Assembly: GCF_001194135.2 (NCBI RefSeq)
Contig: NC_068983.1
Location: forward strand, 153,129,426-153,186,187
Direction: 5' to 3'
Source: Octopus bimaculoides
Taxonomy: Eukaryota
DNA: 56,762 bases
The notes under the pieces: generated by a model
Database searches by the model: none
Told to the model about the DNA's origin: nothing
The model's input: only the letters and a program-made list of their open reading frames with translations
Position numbers and translations under genes: made by a program
In this document: piece by piece, positions 1 to 13,279 of the stretch
Layout: each line of letters begins with the position of its first letter
Position numbering within the stretch: position 1 is the stretch's first letter

Positions 1-19
1 ACACAAGCACACACACACA

Positions 20-50
<31 letters not shown>
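1..50. repeat. (CA)n microsatellite
   Basis: Direct reading of an interrupted ca dinucleotide run at the window start. Confidence 0.95.
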
Positions 51-53
<3 letters not shown>

Positions 54-942
54 AACGCGTATATTAATATATTGATATTTTATAAATATATATTGATATT
101 GATATACACAATTGGTAAAGAGTTAAGCTTAATCATAACAATTGAGCATTTAAATCAACCTCTCAAATTGAATGCTTATCTATTTGCACATAGATTGTTT
201 CGTATCTTTGAAATGATAAAGATGGAATTGAATACTTATAGAACGACACTTTATTTTAGGTATGGAATGTTGGATATGACCAGTTTCAACATAAAACTGT
301 TAGAATATTTGGAGTAGATAAGGTCGAGTAAGTACGGAAGCTGTTTAGTGAGTTCCTTTCTGAATTGTGGGAAGTAGATGTAAAATATAATTTTGCTAGT
401 TGGATACAAACATATCTCAGTAAATTAGGTGAAGTCGTTTTCCTTTACTCAGCAGAACTTTATGATAATCAACAACAAAGTGAACGAGAGAAAAGTAAAC
501 GATTGAACAATGGTATACCCAATAATAAGAACTAAAATTTTTGCTATGCAATAAAAATCGAAAAGACCGAAAAAACAATGGCTGCAGGAATAAGGGAGAA
601 AAAAAAAATTGATAAATTCCATACAGATAAGATTACAGCATATTTTGAGGAGATAATTAAAGAAAAATAAATACAACAATGAGTTGGGAATAGAAACGAT
701 GATAACATGCAAAGGAAAATATATGCTTGCTTTCGTGAGCAAAAAAAAAATAATATTCCTTTAGACATAAGCATAAAAATAAGCATGTATATATATATAC
801 ACATGTACGCACACACGCACACACACACAGTCACACACACACATATATATATATAATGTACACGCTCACACGCGTGCGCACTTACATTCACATCAATATT
901 TACGTATGTTGATATATGTATATTTGTATATATATATGTATT

Positions 943-972
943 TCTCTCTCTATTTCTCTCTCTCTCTCTCTT

Positions 973-1058
<86 letters not shown>
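943..1058. repeat. Compound (CT)n(AT)n microsatellite
   Basis: Long ct run followed by a long at run; explains the ORF-track IYIY/RERE peptides. Confidence 0.95.
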
Positions 1059-1062
<4 letters not shown>

Positions 1063-1489
1063 AATAATGACACGCACACATACAACACGCACTCACACGT
1101 ATATATTATATATATGAATATAAATATAAATACTCAAACACACAAGCACACACGTATATATATTCGTAAATAAGCCGCTTTATTTTGAAGGTATTGTAAA
1201 TAATGCTATACAGTTGTTTATGAAATAAATTCATATTTTTATATTCTATTTGTGCTTTATATTCTGTTTGTGCTTTCGTATTCAACAGCAAAATATAAAA
1301 ATTACTGTATCTACATTCATAACTAATTTTGCTTTTTATGTATATTGCTTAAGCCTTATATTTGAATACACTCTTATCAATATTTTCTCACAAAATTAAA
1401 TTATTTATATCAATTTAAGCATTCATGAAAATATTCTTAGTCTATATTTCAGCTACACTTTACTGTTTTTGACTCTCTTATATGTATGT

Positions 1490-1508
1490 ATGTATGTATA
1501 TGTGCATG

Positions 1509-1587
<79 letters not shown>

Positions 1588-1680
1588 GTATATATATGTA
1601 TATATATATATACTTATTTATAGTATGTGCATATATATATACATATATATATATATATGTTTGTTTAGATATATATATGC
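1490..1680. repeat. (AT)n / (ATGT)n microsatellite
   Basis: Direct reading. Confidence 0.95.
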
Positions 1681-3151
1681 ATGTGTGTATTTGTGTACGT
1701 GTCTATGTGAGTGTGTATGCGCACGTGTGCGAATCAGTGTGTGTGTGCTGATACGCTTAAGTATGTTTATAGTTTGTGTATGTTAGGATTACTTACTGTT
1801 TTTTCCTTGTCTTTTTTATATTTCGTTCTTTTCTAATTCAGACGGTAAATATTTCAAAAGCAACTGCATATAGCATTATTAGGAATCGTAAAATCTCTAG
1901 GTTAATACAGGGGAAAAATCTAATATCAGAGGAAATTCTAACGCGAGATAACACATATTTTTGCCAATCTAAATATTCTGCTACCTTCATCTATATTTTG
2001 GTTCAGGGCTCAAAAACAGTCATGGTTTCATTCCGTCTTTAATTTTTGCGGAGTAAATTATTGCTTGGCATGAATTTAGATTTAATGCAACTTTTACCGA
2101 GTGGCAACGATTCGTTTCCTTGATATATGATACAATGTATGTACAGCAAATTCATCTTTCCCTCAATCTAAATATCTATTGATGACTGTAATTAAAAGTA
2201 ATATTATCCACAGACTCCGAATATTCCGTTTACTTTCCTCAAAGCTTTAAAAGCAAAATAAATTCTAGAATTAAGTGTTTTCAAGATTAGTATTTCTGTT
2301 TCCTTTTTTGAGAACTTTCATATTTCTAACTGGAAACTATATATTCTTTCCCAACATGTCTACACCAAAGATGGCTTGCTCTTGCTCTCTATTGTAATGA
2401 GTAAGCAAATCCGGTAATGGTGTTTTTTATTGATGTCACTTAATTTCAATAAAACTAATCAAGACTATTCATTAAATGCATTTTTAAAGACGTGCAGTAA
2501 CGCTATGGTATTAATTTCAATAAGCCTAGACAGCTGCGTTTTATTGTTAAGATGTATGAAAATCCCTACAAATCCATGAACTAAACAGCGAAATAAATTT
2601 TATGTTTTGAAATCTGCTCAGGTTTTGTTAAAGATTATCTCATTCAACAAATATACCACTTCAGAATTCATCATGACCGCTCATTGGGTATCTTTCACGA
2701 AAATATTTTGAAGACTGTAGGCTTTTTCAAAATGGTTATTGCCACGAATGTTGTATGAAAAGCAGGAAAGAAAACTGTTTTAGATCTCATATGAGTTTGT
2801 ACGATAGCATTAAACATTCCTCTCTGTATTTCAGTGGGAGCATCAGTCATTCCGAAAGCAATGCTTTCTAATAAAGTAAGGAAGCATAATGCAGAAGAAA
2901 GAGCCCTGTATCGAAGTATATCATAAACTATAACAACTTTGAGACTTCACGTTGAACAGTTCAGAACAGCAAATAATCCAATCATGTCTTTCAAGTGAGA
3001 TAGAGTGAGAGAGAGCTTGAAGCAAGTAAAAGAATATTCATCTATCTTTTTTGCACATTCACAAAAATACAATCACACACACATACACACACACACCCCC
3101 CCACACACACACACACACGAACGCACACATATAATCACACAAACATATATT

Positions 3152-3296
3152 AACGATGCTCCTCCATCAGTTTCTGTGTACCAAATCCAGTCACACGAGC
3201 TTATGATAGGAAACAATTGCCCAAATCGCCACATTAAGATTGAACCCGGAACAATGTGGTTCGGAATTAAACTTCTTGCCACACAGTCACGCCTGC
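3152..3296 (-). mobile_element. tRNA-derived SINE head, family A, diverged
   Basis: Similar to 10128-10280, 11918-11985 and 52700-52825 (cagtttc..ccaaatcc..cac; ..ccacacagYcacgcctg) and to the reverse complement of 56612-56762. Confidence 0.6.
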
Positions 3297-3974
3297 GTGC
3301 ATGTGTACGCATAAACATATATAGTCAGACAAACGGAGGCATGCACACAAATATATGAACACACATGCCCAGAAATAGGTTCGTATGTCCGTAGGTGCAT
3401 GTGTATTTCTCTACGATCAAATGTGAGCCATATTTGTGTGTGCGCGCATATGTGAACCTTTATTCGATTTTATAACAAGAACACAAACATACACCCAGAA
3501 AAAAGTACACACATATTGTTAACGTTATCTGTGGTTGTTATATTCTATTGTTATTCTCTGATTTACAAATATTATTCACTGTTTCGTACAGATTTTTCTT
3601 GGTATTTTTCGTCTTATCACGTTGAAACAAATTTTGTAAGTATAAATTTATTTTCTACATTTTTGAATGATTTATTCGATTTGTCTAAACTAAAGCAAAT
3701 TTTCTTTAGCAACTTATGAAGTAATTCAAATGAAATTTAGTTTCTGGAAAAGTTCGCTTTAAAATAGATTTCCATGATTGTAAATATATTTATAGTTAAG
3801 ATAATCAATATAATTCAAACAAACGAAGAATATGTGCAGTGAAGTTTCATAACTAGGCGAAAAATTATCCCTCAGTTTAAATATGTATCCCTACATATAG
3901 GTGGGTGAGTGTAGATGTGTATATGTATCTGTACTTCTGTATGCGTGCGCGTGTATGTATGGACGTATGTATGA

Positions 3975-4025
3975 AATGTGTGTGTGTGTGTGTGTGTGTG
4001 TGAGTGAGTGTGTGTGTGAGTGAGT

Positions 4026-4070
<45 letters not shown>
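3975..4070. repeat. (TG)n microsatellite
   Basis: Direct reading. Confidence 0.95.
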
Positions 4071-4071
<1 letters not shown>

Positions 4072-5125
4072 TAGTGTACGAGTTTGTGAAAATTTACATT
4101 TGCTGATGAAATATTTTCTATTACAAAGCAAAACTTTTCGAACACATTAATTTTAACTACAGCAATTTACACAATTAGAAGTATATGGATGCGTGTATGT
4201 ACGGACGTATTTAAGCATTTACATACGTAAGAATGTGTATATATCTATATACATACATATATATATACATATAAATATATATAGATGTACATGTATACAT
4301 ATATACATACATACATACATATATAAATATAGGTATGTACATAACTATGTGTTTGTGCGCGTGTGTGTGTGTATGTTATGTGTGGATCCGTAAGTGAATA
4401 TATGTTGGTGTTTCTAAGGTGATAGAGACCGGTTTGTACATAATATGATGAAATGTATGTTATGCTAAAACTATAAAATGTGGGATTCTACATTTGCTCA
4501 TGTACACACTCGCATATATTCGTGTTCATACGCACACACATACACAGATATTTGCGTGTTTTTGTAATTATGGCATACATATATCTACATATATGTACGA
4601 ATGCATGCTTTTATCTGTCTACCTGCATGAGTGTAAGCATGTGAATAATCAAGTGAGTCTCTACGCATGCGTCTATATATATGTATGAACATGCCTGTTT
4701 TTTTAATGCATATTTGTCAAGACAACTTTTTTAAAACGCCAAGAACGTAAGAGCATTGCATTTCACAATCACTCGTCATAAAATTTGGAATATCATCTTT
4801 AATCTGAACTATTTTTGAAATGAACTTTGTTACCTTAGAAGTTGCTAGTCATGCCTACAGCATTGCTTAAAGCATTTCATATAATACAAATGACAATGAA
4901 ATAAAAAATATGATTTCCACGTAGAGAACAATCGACTGTTAAAAGAATACATACCTGTCATGGCAATAGAGCATGTGAGTAAAATCTATATGTAACAGAA
5001 GGATTCTATTGCCGGTTTGAACTACTACTTTCCAACGACACACAAGTCCATACAAGCATGCATTCATNNNNNNNNNNNNNNNNNNNNNNNNNNNNNNNNN
5101 NNNNNNNNNNNNNNNNNNNNNNNTG

Positions 5126-5161
<36 letters not shown>

Positions 5162-7744
5162 CGTATGTATGTATTTGGCTGTATACATACTCAAGAATAT
5201 ACACTCATATCTACATATATTTAAAATCCTAATGAGAATTGTTTACTATTGCTGTCTGATTACCCGTCTCTTCCCGCTCCGATAAAGCTACGCATTCACG
5301 CGCATATAATTTAATGGTTTTAGCTCTTGGTCTGCGGTTTTGGTGGCGGAACCTCATAAAATGTTTACATGATTATTTTGAACTTTTGTAATCTTTTTTT
5401 CATTTATGTGAGTATCTATCAAAATATATATTCCAAACCACTAATGTTCGACACACATCGGAATGTCATACGAACAACAACAATTTTGAAATAACTATTG
5501 TTTATATATATAAGTGTTCCACTGCTTTATTTTCAAAGTGCTGAGCTTGTGCAAAATTTACATCTCATTGTTATCGAAAGGTTATCATCATCCTATCGAG
5601 TATTTTCGTAGGTTAATCTAATGTAAAATCAATATGGTTAAATTCACTTTTTGGACAAATTCTGCAAATATACGTGATGAGTTTACTACGCTGTTCACTT
5701 TAATACAAGCAAAGAAATAAATTGATAGGAATAAATTTATGGGACAAGTGGCTACATATATTTGAGATCGAATTATTTGCTTTTGTAGAATTATGGCAAC
5801 TGAATATGAAGTAATGTAGAGAAAGTCATTGGAAATATCTCAAATTAATGACGTATTTCTCTAATTTACAGAACGAAACAAAAATCCAGGCAGCAATCAG
5901 CAATGATCCTCAAAGTAACGTCCAGATATCAAGAAATAAGCAATTAATATGGCTGATCCCTGTTTGAAGATAAGGAAGAGCTATTGACTTATATTTTGGG
6001 CTATTGACCTCATAATTATAATTGTTCACAGTACCGTGTAACCGAGCTTGGAGTGCAGTGAGAAGAATAAAAAAAAAGCATGCTATAAAGATTCTGTGCT
6101 TTAATAAAATTCTGCTTATTTAACAAAAATAAAATCCCGTAATAAAATGGAATTCAGCATCACTATGGAATGGCTTCAAGGCTGATATGAAATTTTATTA
6201 GCTGTAAAATGATATCAAATAATCTAAACCTGTCCAAAGGCATAAATCAATGAACCATTGAAGAGCTTTTATTTGCAGATTTAAGAAGTTTGTTATAAAA
6301 ATCTAAACATAAATACTGATATTATTGTTAAACAATTCGATGTTAGTCTCAAAATTTACAAAAATTATACAAACCAGTACTAAAGCACAAAAAATAATTT
6401 TCTCAGAAACCCTATAGATTGAAAATAATATATTACTTGTATCAGTAGAATTTTTTAATATCATCCAGTGTATATGAAATTTATACAATTGTTTAACAAA
6501 CACCCGATTAAAATACATAATTATCTACGTCTTCAACACCTTGCCATTTAACAGAAGAAATATTTCATCCCTTGCAACGTTATATTCTATCCAAAGAATT
6601 TTAAAAACTATTTCTTAATACACTTCTAGAAACATCTAAAACTGTAATTAAATGTTAAATTGTCTCCTGTAAGTGATAATATGAAAACTAATAACACAGC
6701 GATATAACAAACAACAGGTATACTAGCGTATTCCCGCTCGAAGAATCATGCGTTTCCAAAGTAATTATTTGAGATGGAATATTCTCTGTCATATCAAATT
6801 CTATGATAATACCTGAGAACTATCTTGGAATGTCTGCTAGCGAATTTAAAGAACAATAATTTTGCCATATTTCAATATTCAAACATGGAGATGAGAACTC
6901 AATAGCATAACCAATGTGTAATTGGCAATTAACTGAAAATACACTGATTTCTCTATGGAATTTGGAAATGTGAAAAGATGCAATCTAATCGTATAAAACA
7001 CATGATTCGAATTTTTTATCTACATGTGGCTAAACTGAAATATATCCATAAGGTATTGGAAGGCAACGCAACACTATTAAGTAGAAAATGTTAAACGAAG
7101 ATCATTAGTTGCTTCTTTGTTAGCTACAAATTTTAATATGCATTGGGAAGTAACATCTTCACAAGATGACATTACGACAACCTGTCAATTGTTAAATGAC
7201 AATACAAGTACTATTCCGTTAAGTTGGATTTCTTATTTTGGCTTTTTTCTGAAACAAAAAACAAAAAACATACAAAAAAAACGCTTACCTATGACCATTA
7301 AGTGAGTGCAGCGATTTAAATAACCTTCTAAACGTATTCTATACACCAAACTATCTAGACCGGTATTGTAACTTTGCTTGGATACACTATGGATATTTCT
7401 TGGATCAAACTTCGGAGTGATGGTGTTTTCACATACAAATGTATCAAGTACAATTCTTCTGATTTTGCTCTCCTAACATCTTTGTGCATACACACATTCA
7501 AATGTATATACATACATACATACATACATACATATACAGGTGTTGTGTGCTTGTGTGTGTGTGTGTGTGTGATAAATAATTTTCTCATTGTAACTGAGCA
7601 GATAAAGCTATACATAATAGCATGGAGTATATTGAGTTGAAACCCCCCTCTAAACAAAGAGAAGTTGAAAACTGCGCGTGGGATTTTTAAGACAATATTC
7701 TAGAGGCTATTATTTATAGCTGTTTCTAAGTCAGTGAGATGACA

Positions 7745-7850
7745 GGATGATTAACCGACCAGAGGAAATGCTACTATGTATATCGTCCGTCTTTACGTTC
7801 TGCACTCAAAATTCCGCAGAAGTCGACTTTGCTTATCATCCTTGCGGAGA
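7745..7850 (+). mobile_element. SINE fragment, family C (central domain gtcgactttgc..tcatcctt)
   Basis: tcgtccgtctttacgttctg..aaattccgc..gtcgactttgcttatcatcctt aligns by eye with the longer copy at 44905-45065. Confidence 0.65.
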
Positions 7851-8816
7851 TACGTATATTATACATATATATATCAAGATATCAAGGCAGTGGATTGGAA
7901 AAGTTTTAGGTATCACTTATACACTATTACACGTTCTCATTTGCTAATGTGAGTTACAAAATTGTACATGTAGAACACCTGAGAGATATCCCATTTTAGA
8001 AAGTGAGAATCAGATAGTACATATTATCAAATGAAACACGGGTAATGCTGAATAAATAATAGCAAAGAACTTTCGATTCTCCTGTTTTGATATTATTACT
8101 GTGTAAAAATATTTTTCATTACTTTCAATCTTTATGCTTATCTCAAACAAAAATAACATCGACATATGGATACGGGATGCTGAAATAGGTCTCACTGCTT
8201 GAAGAGAACACATCTTGGATTTTAACTCTATCTGCATTATGGATGTATGTAGCAAAAATAAATAAATAAATATATATATATANNNNNNNNNNNNNNNNNN
8301 NNNNNNNNNNNNNNNNNNNNNNNNNNNNNNNNNNNNNNNNNNNNNNNNNNNNNNNNNNNNNNNNNNNNNNNNNNNNNNNNNNNNNNNNNNNNNNNNNNNN
8401 NNNNNNNNNNNNNNNNNNNNNNNNNNNNNNNNNNNNNNNNNNNNNNNNNNNNNNNNNNNNNNNNNNNNNNNNNNNNNNNNNNNNNNNNNNNNNNNNNNNN
8501 NNNNNNNNNNNNNNNNNNNNNNNNNNNNNNNNNNNNNNNNNNNNNNNNNNNNNNNNNNNNNNNNNNNNNNNNNNNNNNNNNNNNNNNNNNNNNNNNNNNN
8601 NNNNNNNNNNNNNNNNNNNNNNNNNNNNNNNNNNNNNNNNNNNNNNNNNNNNNNNNNNNNNNNNNNNNNNNNNNNNNNNNNNNNNNNNNNNNNNNNNNNN
8701 NNNNNNNNNNNNNNNNNNNNNNNNNNNNNNNNNNNNNNNNNNNNNNNNNNNNNNNNNNNNNNNNNNNNNNNNNNNNNNNNNNNNNNNNNNNNNNNNNNNN
8801 NNNNNNNNNNNNNNNA

Positions 8817-9650
8817 TGTCCCTCGACTTTCATGCCCTCATCTGCAATCTTTGAAGAGAGATCTGGTTTTGTTTTGAAGGCACCTACGTCTCCACCATGC
8901 AAGTTTCAGAGGCTTTATCGAGTGGTATTATAGTGTTGTGGGCCCTTGAAGCCCTAGCTGGTGCAACATCTCCACCTGAATGGCGATATCTGTTTCTGGA
9001 TGACGATGTCTGGCATCGTATGACTATAATTTGATGCCCTATTCTGCTGTTTTAGTAACTCTTGCAGCCAAAGCTTGGCATGAGTTCTTTCCAGAATTTT
9101 CGAGATGTATATCAGAACCTATCTTTCCCGCCTCCGCTTTAGAGAGTAGAGTCATAACTTTATTAGCCTGTCAAAGTACGTGAAACATTGCATTGAGACG
9201 ATTTTCTTATACCTTCGCTGGGTTGTTTCGAGTTCTCCGTTAATTTTACACAATGTGGTGACCATAGTTAGGAGCGATTCTCTGAGTGGCTGAGGACATA
9301 TATTCTCCAGAGGACCATATCGGTTTCCTGTTCTTTCTTACTGAACGCTCGGAGGATCCAATCAGCCAATTGTCTGCAACTTATTTCCAAACTAATGATG
9401 TACATGGAAGAATGCATCAATACTAACTTTGATTCAGGGACTGTGCAGTCCCTCTTGGGCCAATATAACTTGTCTGCATTTCATTCAGCTTCGTGTGCTG
9501 GAAGCGCACTTTTTTGAATTTTCCAGGATTAAACTGCATACTATTATTCTCAGCACATTTGTACTCACACGTCCAGCACACTTTGCAGTTGTAGAATATA
9601 TCCAGGGTTCTGTATCTTCTGCGGGGAATTTGTGTCATATGCATAGCTTG
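8817..9650 (-). mobile_element. Degenerate CR1/L2-group LINE, 3' part of ORF2 (RT C-terminus)
   Basis: Minus-strand pieces read ..CAENNSMQFNPGKFKKVRF.., ..ELETTQRRYKKIVSMQ.. and ..HGGDVGAFKTKPDLSSKIADE, matching the W..NNM.FN..K / LE..QRR.TK / FK..LD..L..VPDE pattern of this LINE group. Many stops and frameshifts; truncated by a gap. Confidence 0.8.
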
Positions 9651-9677
9651 AAACAATGTTTGATTTATATGTATATT

Positions 9678-10280
9678 CTTTTACTCTTTTACTTGTTTCA
9701 GACATTTCAAATGTGGCCATGCTGGAGCACCGTTTTAAAGGCATTTGTCTAAGTAGTCAACCGTAAAACTTATTCTTTGTAAGCCTAGTGCTTATTCTAT
9801 CGGTCCCTTTTGCGAAACCGCTAGCTTACGGGGATGTAGACACATTAATATAGATTGCTAAGCGACGGAAGCACATCTACAGACACATAAAGACGTACAC
9901 ATAATTATATACACGCATATATATATGTGTGTGTGTGTCTGTGTGTGTGTTTGTGTGTGTATGTGTGTGTGTGTATGTGTGTGTGTGTGTATGTGTGTGT
10001 GTATGTGTGTGTGTGTTCCATAAATGCAAAATATGTTAGTCTTAGAGCGCACAGCGTTCCGAAATGTCTGCAACGATCTTCCTCAGTCACGAGTGAACGG
10101 CCACCATATATATATATATATATATATAAACGATGGGCTTCTTTGTGTTTCTGTCTGGTAAATCCATTCACAAGGCTTTGGTCGGTTTGAGGCTATAGTA
10201 GAAAACACTTAACAATGGGACTGAAAGCGGAAACTTGCAGCTGCGAAGCAAGCTTCTGACCACACAGCCACACCTGCACC
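9678..10280 (-). mobile_element. Composite SINE, family A: tRNA-like head + internal microsatellite + conserved tail
   Basis: Tail 9678-9850 (cttttactcttttacttgtttcag..catgctggagcaccg..ttattctttgtaagcctag..ttattctatcggtc) and head 10128-10280 recur in the same order at 11675-11985 and 52472-52825. Confidence 0.8.
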
Positions 10281-10745
10281 TGTGTATGTGCGTGCGTGTG
10301 TGTATGTGTATGCGTGTGCGTATATGTGTGTGTGAATGTGTGTATATTTGTATTTGTGTGTTTATATGTGTGTCTGTGTTTATGTGCGCGCGCGCATGCA
10401 TGATACAATATGCATAGTGATGTCGTAATTCCCTCATTTTATGACTGGTGTATCATGCATTGTAATTTTGGGTTAAGTTACGTAGATGCAACAGTTACCT
10501 TGAAAACGTTTTTCAGTTGATGAACATAAAGATAAGGATAAGTTGCGTTTACTTTCCTTGGTATTGAACGCAGATTAGAAAATCTTTACTGCTATGCATG
10601 CAATTTATACTAGTCATTCCATTGCCTAGCTTTACTTAACATATTAGTGCAGCTATAATATACGGAACTAATACTTGCCCATAAGTTTGGCATTACAGGA
10701 AATGACTATTTCATGAAAGTAATGTAGATATATACAAGCATAATA

Positions 10746-10850
<105 letters not shown>

Positions 10851-11454
10851 ATATGTATATATAAAATATTCTACCTATTCACGTAGATATACATAGGTAT
10901 TTAAATTATATAACTAACCAAATATATGCATCATTGACTACATTTATCCTGCTGTTTTATAGCGTTATGTGAGCTGAGCATCAATGGTAATATTAGTCAA
11001 AATAATGACAGGGAGCATCGTTGAGAAATGTATATCATTGTTGACGTTTAGACTATTTAGTTTTAAATGTTTAATAAGAAATAACGCTCCGATTAACAAG
11101 AAAAGCTAAGAAATAAAGAAGAAAAAGTCATTTTCCTCCCATTCATGAAAAACACGCTCTTTCATAAGAGAACATCAAAAGTAGATTTATTAAAAGGAGG
11201 CTTCATTCAAGGTTTTCTCTAATGTACATTTTACAACGTAACCAAAATGGTTTGCTTCTTTAGATGTGTGATTGCTCATAGTTACACTTCGACGATCTGT
11301 AGTAATCTAGCATATACACCTGTCTTACATACACATATCAGTTATGTATAAAGTTATAGAACATGTCTCAGAGTGCCTCTGTGATTGTGTGTGCTTTTGT
11401 TATCTGGAAGTGTATACGTAAATATTCGTATGTGTGTATGTCTGTACATTTGTA

Positions 11455-11578
11455 AAGGCACACGGCTTAGTGTTTAGGGTTTTGTACTGGCGATTGCGAG
11501 ATCGCAGTTTCGATTCCCAGACCGAGTGTTGTGTTGTGTTCTTGGGCAAAGCATTTCATTTCATGTTGCTCGTCGATC
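11455..11578 (+). mobile_element. tRNA-derived SINE, family B (CORE-like), 3'-truncated
   Basis: A-box-like ggcttagtgtt, B-box-like gtttcgattcc, then ttgtgttcttgggcaaagcatttcatttcatgttgctc; matches the reverse complement of 29555-29816 and 46065-46306. Confidence 0.8.
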
Positions 11579-11674
11579 GTTTCGTCATCTGACACGTGAC
11601 ATATAATACACCTGTACAAATACTATATATATATATAGATATAGATATAGAGATAGATAGATTCACACACATAT

Positions 11675-11985
11675 ATTCTTTTACTGGTTTCAGTCATGTG
11701 ACTGCGGCTATGCTGGAACATCGTCTTTAATCGAAGGTATCGACTCCAGGACTCATTCTTTGTAAGCCTGGTAATTATTCTATCGGTCTCTTTTCATGAG
11801 CCGCTTAATTACGGGAAGTAAACACACCAATATTGGTTGTCAAGCGATGTTGGTAGGGGGAGCAATCACAGACACAAAGACACACATACATAAATATATG
11901 ATACATATATATATTTATGACGTTCTTCTTTCAGTTTCCGTCTACCAAATCCACTCACATGGTTTTAGTTCGCCCGAGGCTCTTC
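11675..11985 (-). mobile_element. Composite SINE, family A, head truncated
   Basis: Same tail and cagtttccgtctaccaaatccactcac head segment as the other family A copies. Confidence 0.8.
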
Positions 11986-12149
11986 ACAATATATATATAT
12001 ATAATATAAACTGATGAAAACAAAGGAACGGTAACATTGCTTTGTCTTAAACTTAATGTAAACTACTCCATTCCCCCTTTCATTTACTTATCCTACAAAT
12101 TTACCTAAATTTTAAAATGTTTGCTATTTTTATGTAAAGATAATAGTAA

Positions 12150-12310
12150 TTCAAAATTGTTGCAATGTTTCACTCCCTAACCAGAAAGGCATAGAACAAC
12201 TTAACAGTCTAAAATCAGGATCTTTACGAAGACACAACTTTATGTACGGATGTACCTGATGAGACACATACTGCAAAATGAATGCAGCACAGCATGTTGA
12301 ACAGCGTCCG
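12150..12310 (+). mobile_element. Possible 3' end remnant of a CR1-like LINE
   Basis: One frame reads AMFHSLT..NNLT..LCTDVPDETH, resembling the LFN.LP..RNL..FL..VPDEP terminus of the LINE at 8.8 kb; weak. Confidence 0.3.
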
Positions 12311-12386
12311 ATCCATAAGGGACAGTAGCAGGATAGTTCGAAACGACCGTTGTACAAAATAAAAATTCTTGTTACTTAATAATCAT

Positions 12387-12417
<31 letters not shown>

Positions 12418-12440
12418 TTTTTTTGGAGTGTGTATCATTA

Positions 12441-13174
12441 NNNNNNNNNNNNNNNNNNNNNNNNNNNNNNNNNNNNNNNNNNNNNNNNNNNNNNNNNNNN
12501 NNNNNNNNNNNNNNNNNNNNNNNNNNNNNNNNNNNNNNNNNNNNNNNNNNNNNNNNNNNNNNNNNNNNNNNNNNNNNNNNNNNNNNNNNNNNNNNNNNNN
12601 NNNNNNNNNNNNNNNNNNNNNNNNNNNNNNNNNNNNNNNNNNNNNNNNNNNNNNNNNNNNNNNNNNNNNNNNNNNNNNNNNNNNNNNNNNNNNNNNNNNN
12701 NNNNNNNNNNNNNNNNNNNNNNNNNNNNNNNNNNNNNNNNNNNNNNNNNNNNNNNNNNNNNNNNNNNNNNNNNNNNNNNNNNNNNNNNNNNNNNNNNNNN
12801 NNNNNNNNNNNNNNNNNNNNNNNNNNNNNNNNNNNNNNNNNNNNNNNNNNNNNNNNNNNNNNNNNNNNNNNNNNNNNNNNNNNNNNNNNNNNNNNNNNNN
12901 NNNNNNNNNNNNNNNNNNNNNNNNNNNNNNNNNNNNNNNNNNNNNNNNNNNNNNNNNNNNNNNNNNNNNNNNNNNNNNNNNNNNNNNNNNNNNNNNNNNN
13001 NNNNNNNNNNNNNNNNNNNNNNNNNNNNNNNNNNNNNNNNNNNNNNNNNNNNNNNNNNNNNNNNNNNNNNNNNNNNNNNNNNNNNNNNNNNNNNNNNNNN
13101 NNNNNNNNNNNNNNNNNNNNNNNNNNNNNNNNNNNNNNNNNNNNNNNNNNNNNNNNNNNNNNNNNNNNNNNNNN
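12441..13174. other. Assembly gap (one of about 14 N runs)
   Basis: N run. Other gaps near 5.1, 8.3-8.8, 15.0-15.4, 17.3, 21.7-22.35, 26.4, 32.6-33.0, 38.8, 40.6, 49.3-49.5, 50.6-51.1, 52.2-52.5 and 55.5 kb; most are flanked by microsatellites. Confidence 0.99.
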
Positions 13175-13189
13175 TATGTATACACACAT

Positions 13190-13279
<90 letters not shown>

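Noticed and set aside
544-1786. Many ORF-track entries rich in IYIY, CVCV, HTHT or RERE, and all X-filled ORFs
   Set aside because: Products of dinucleotide repeats or N gaps.
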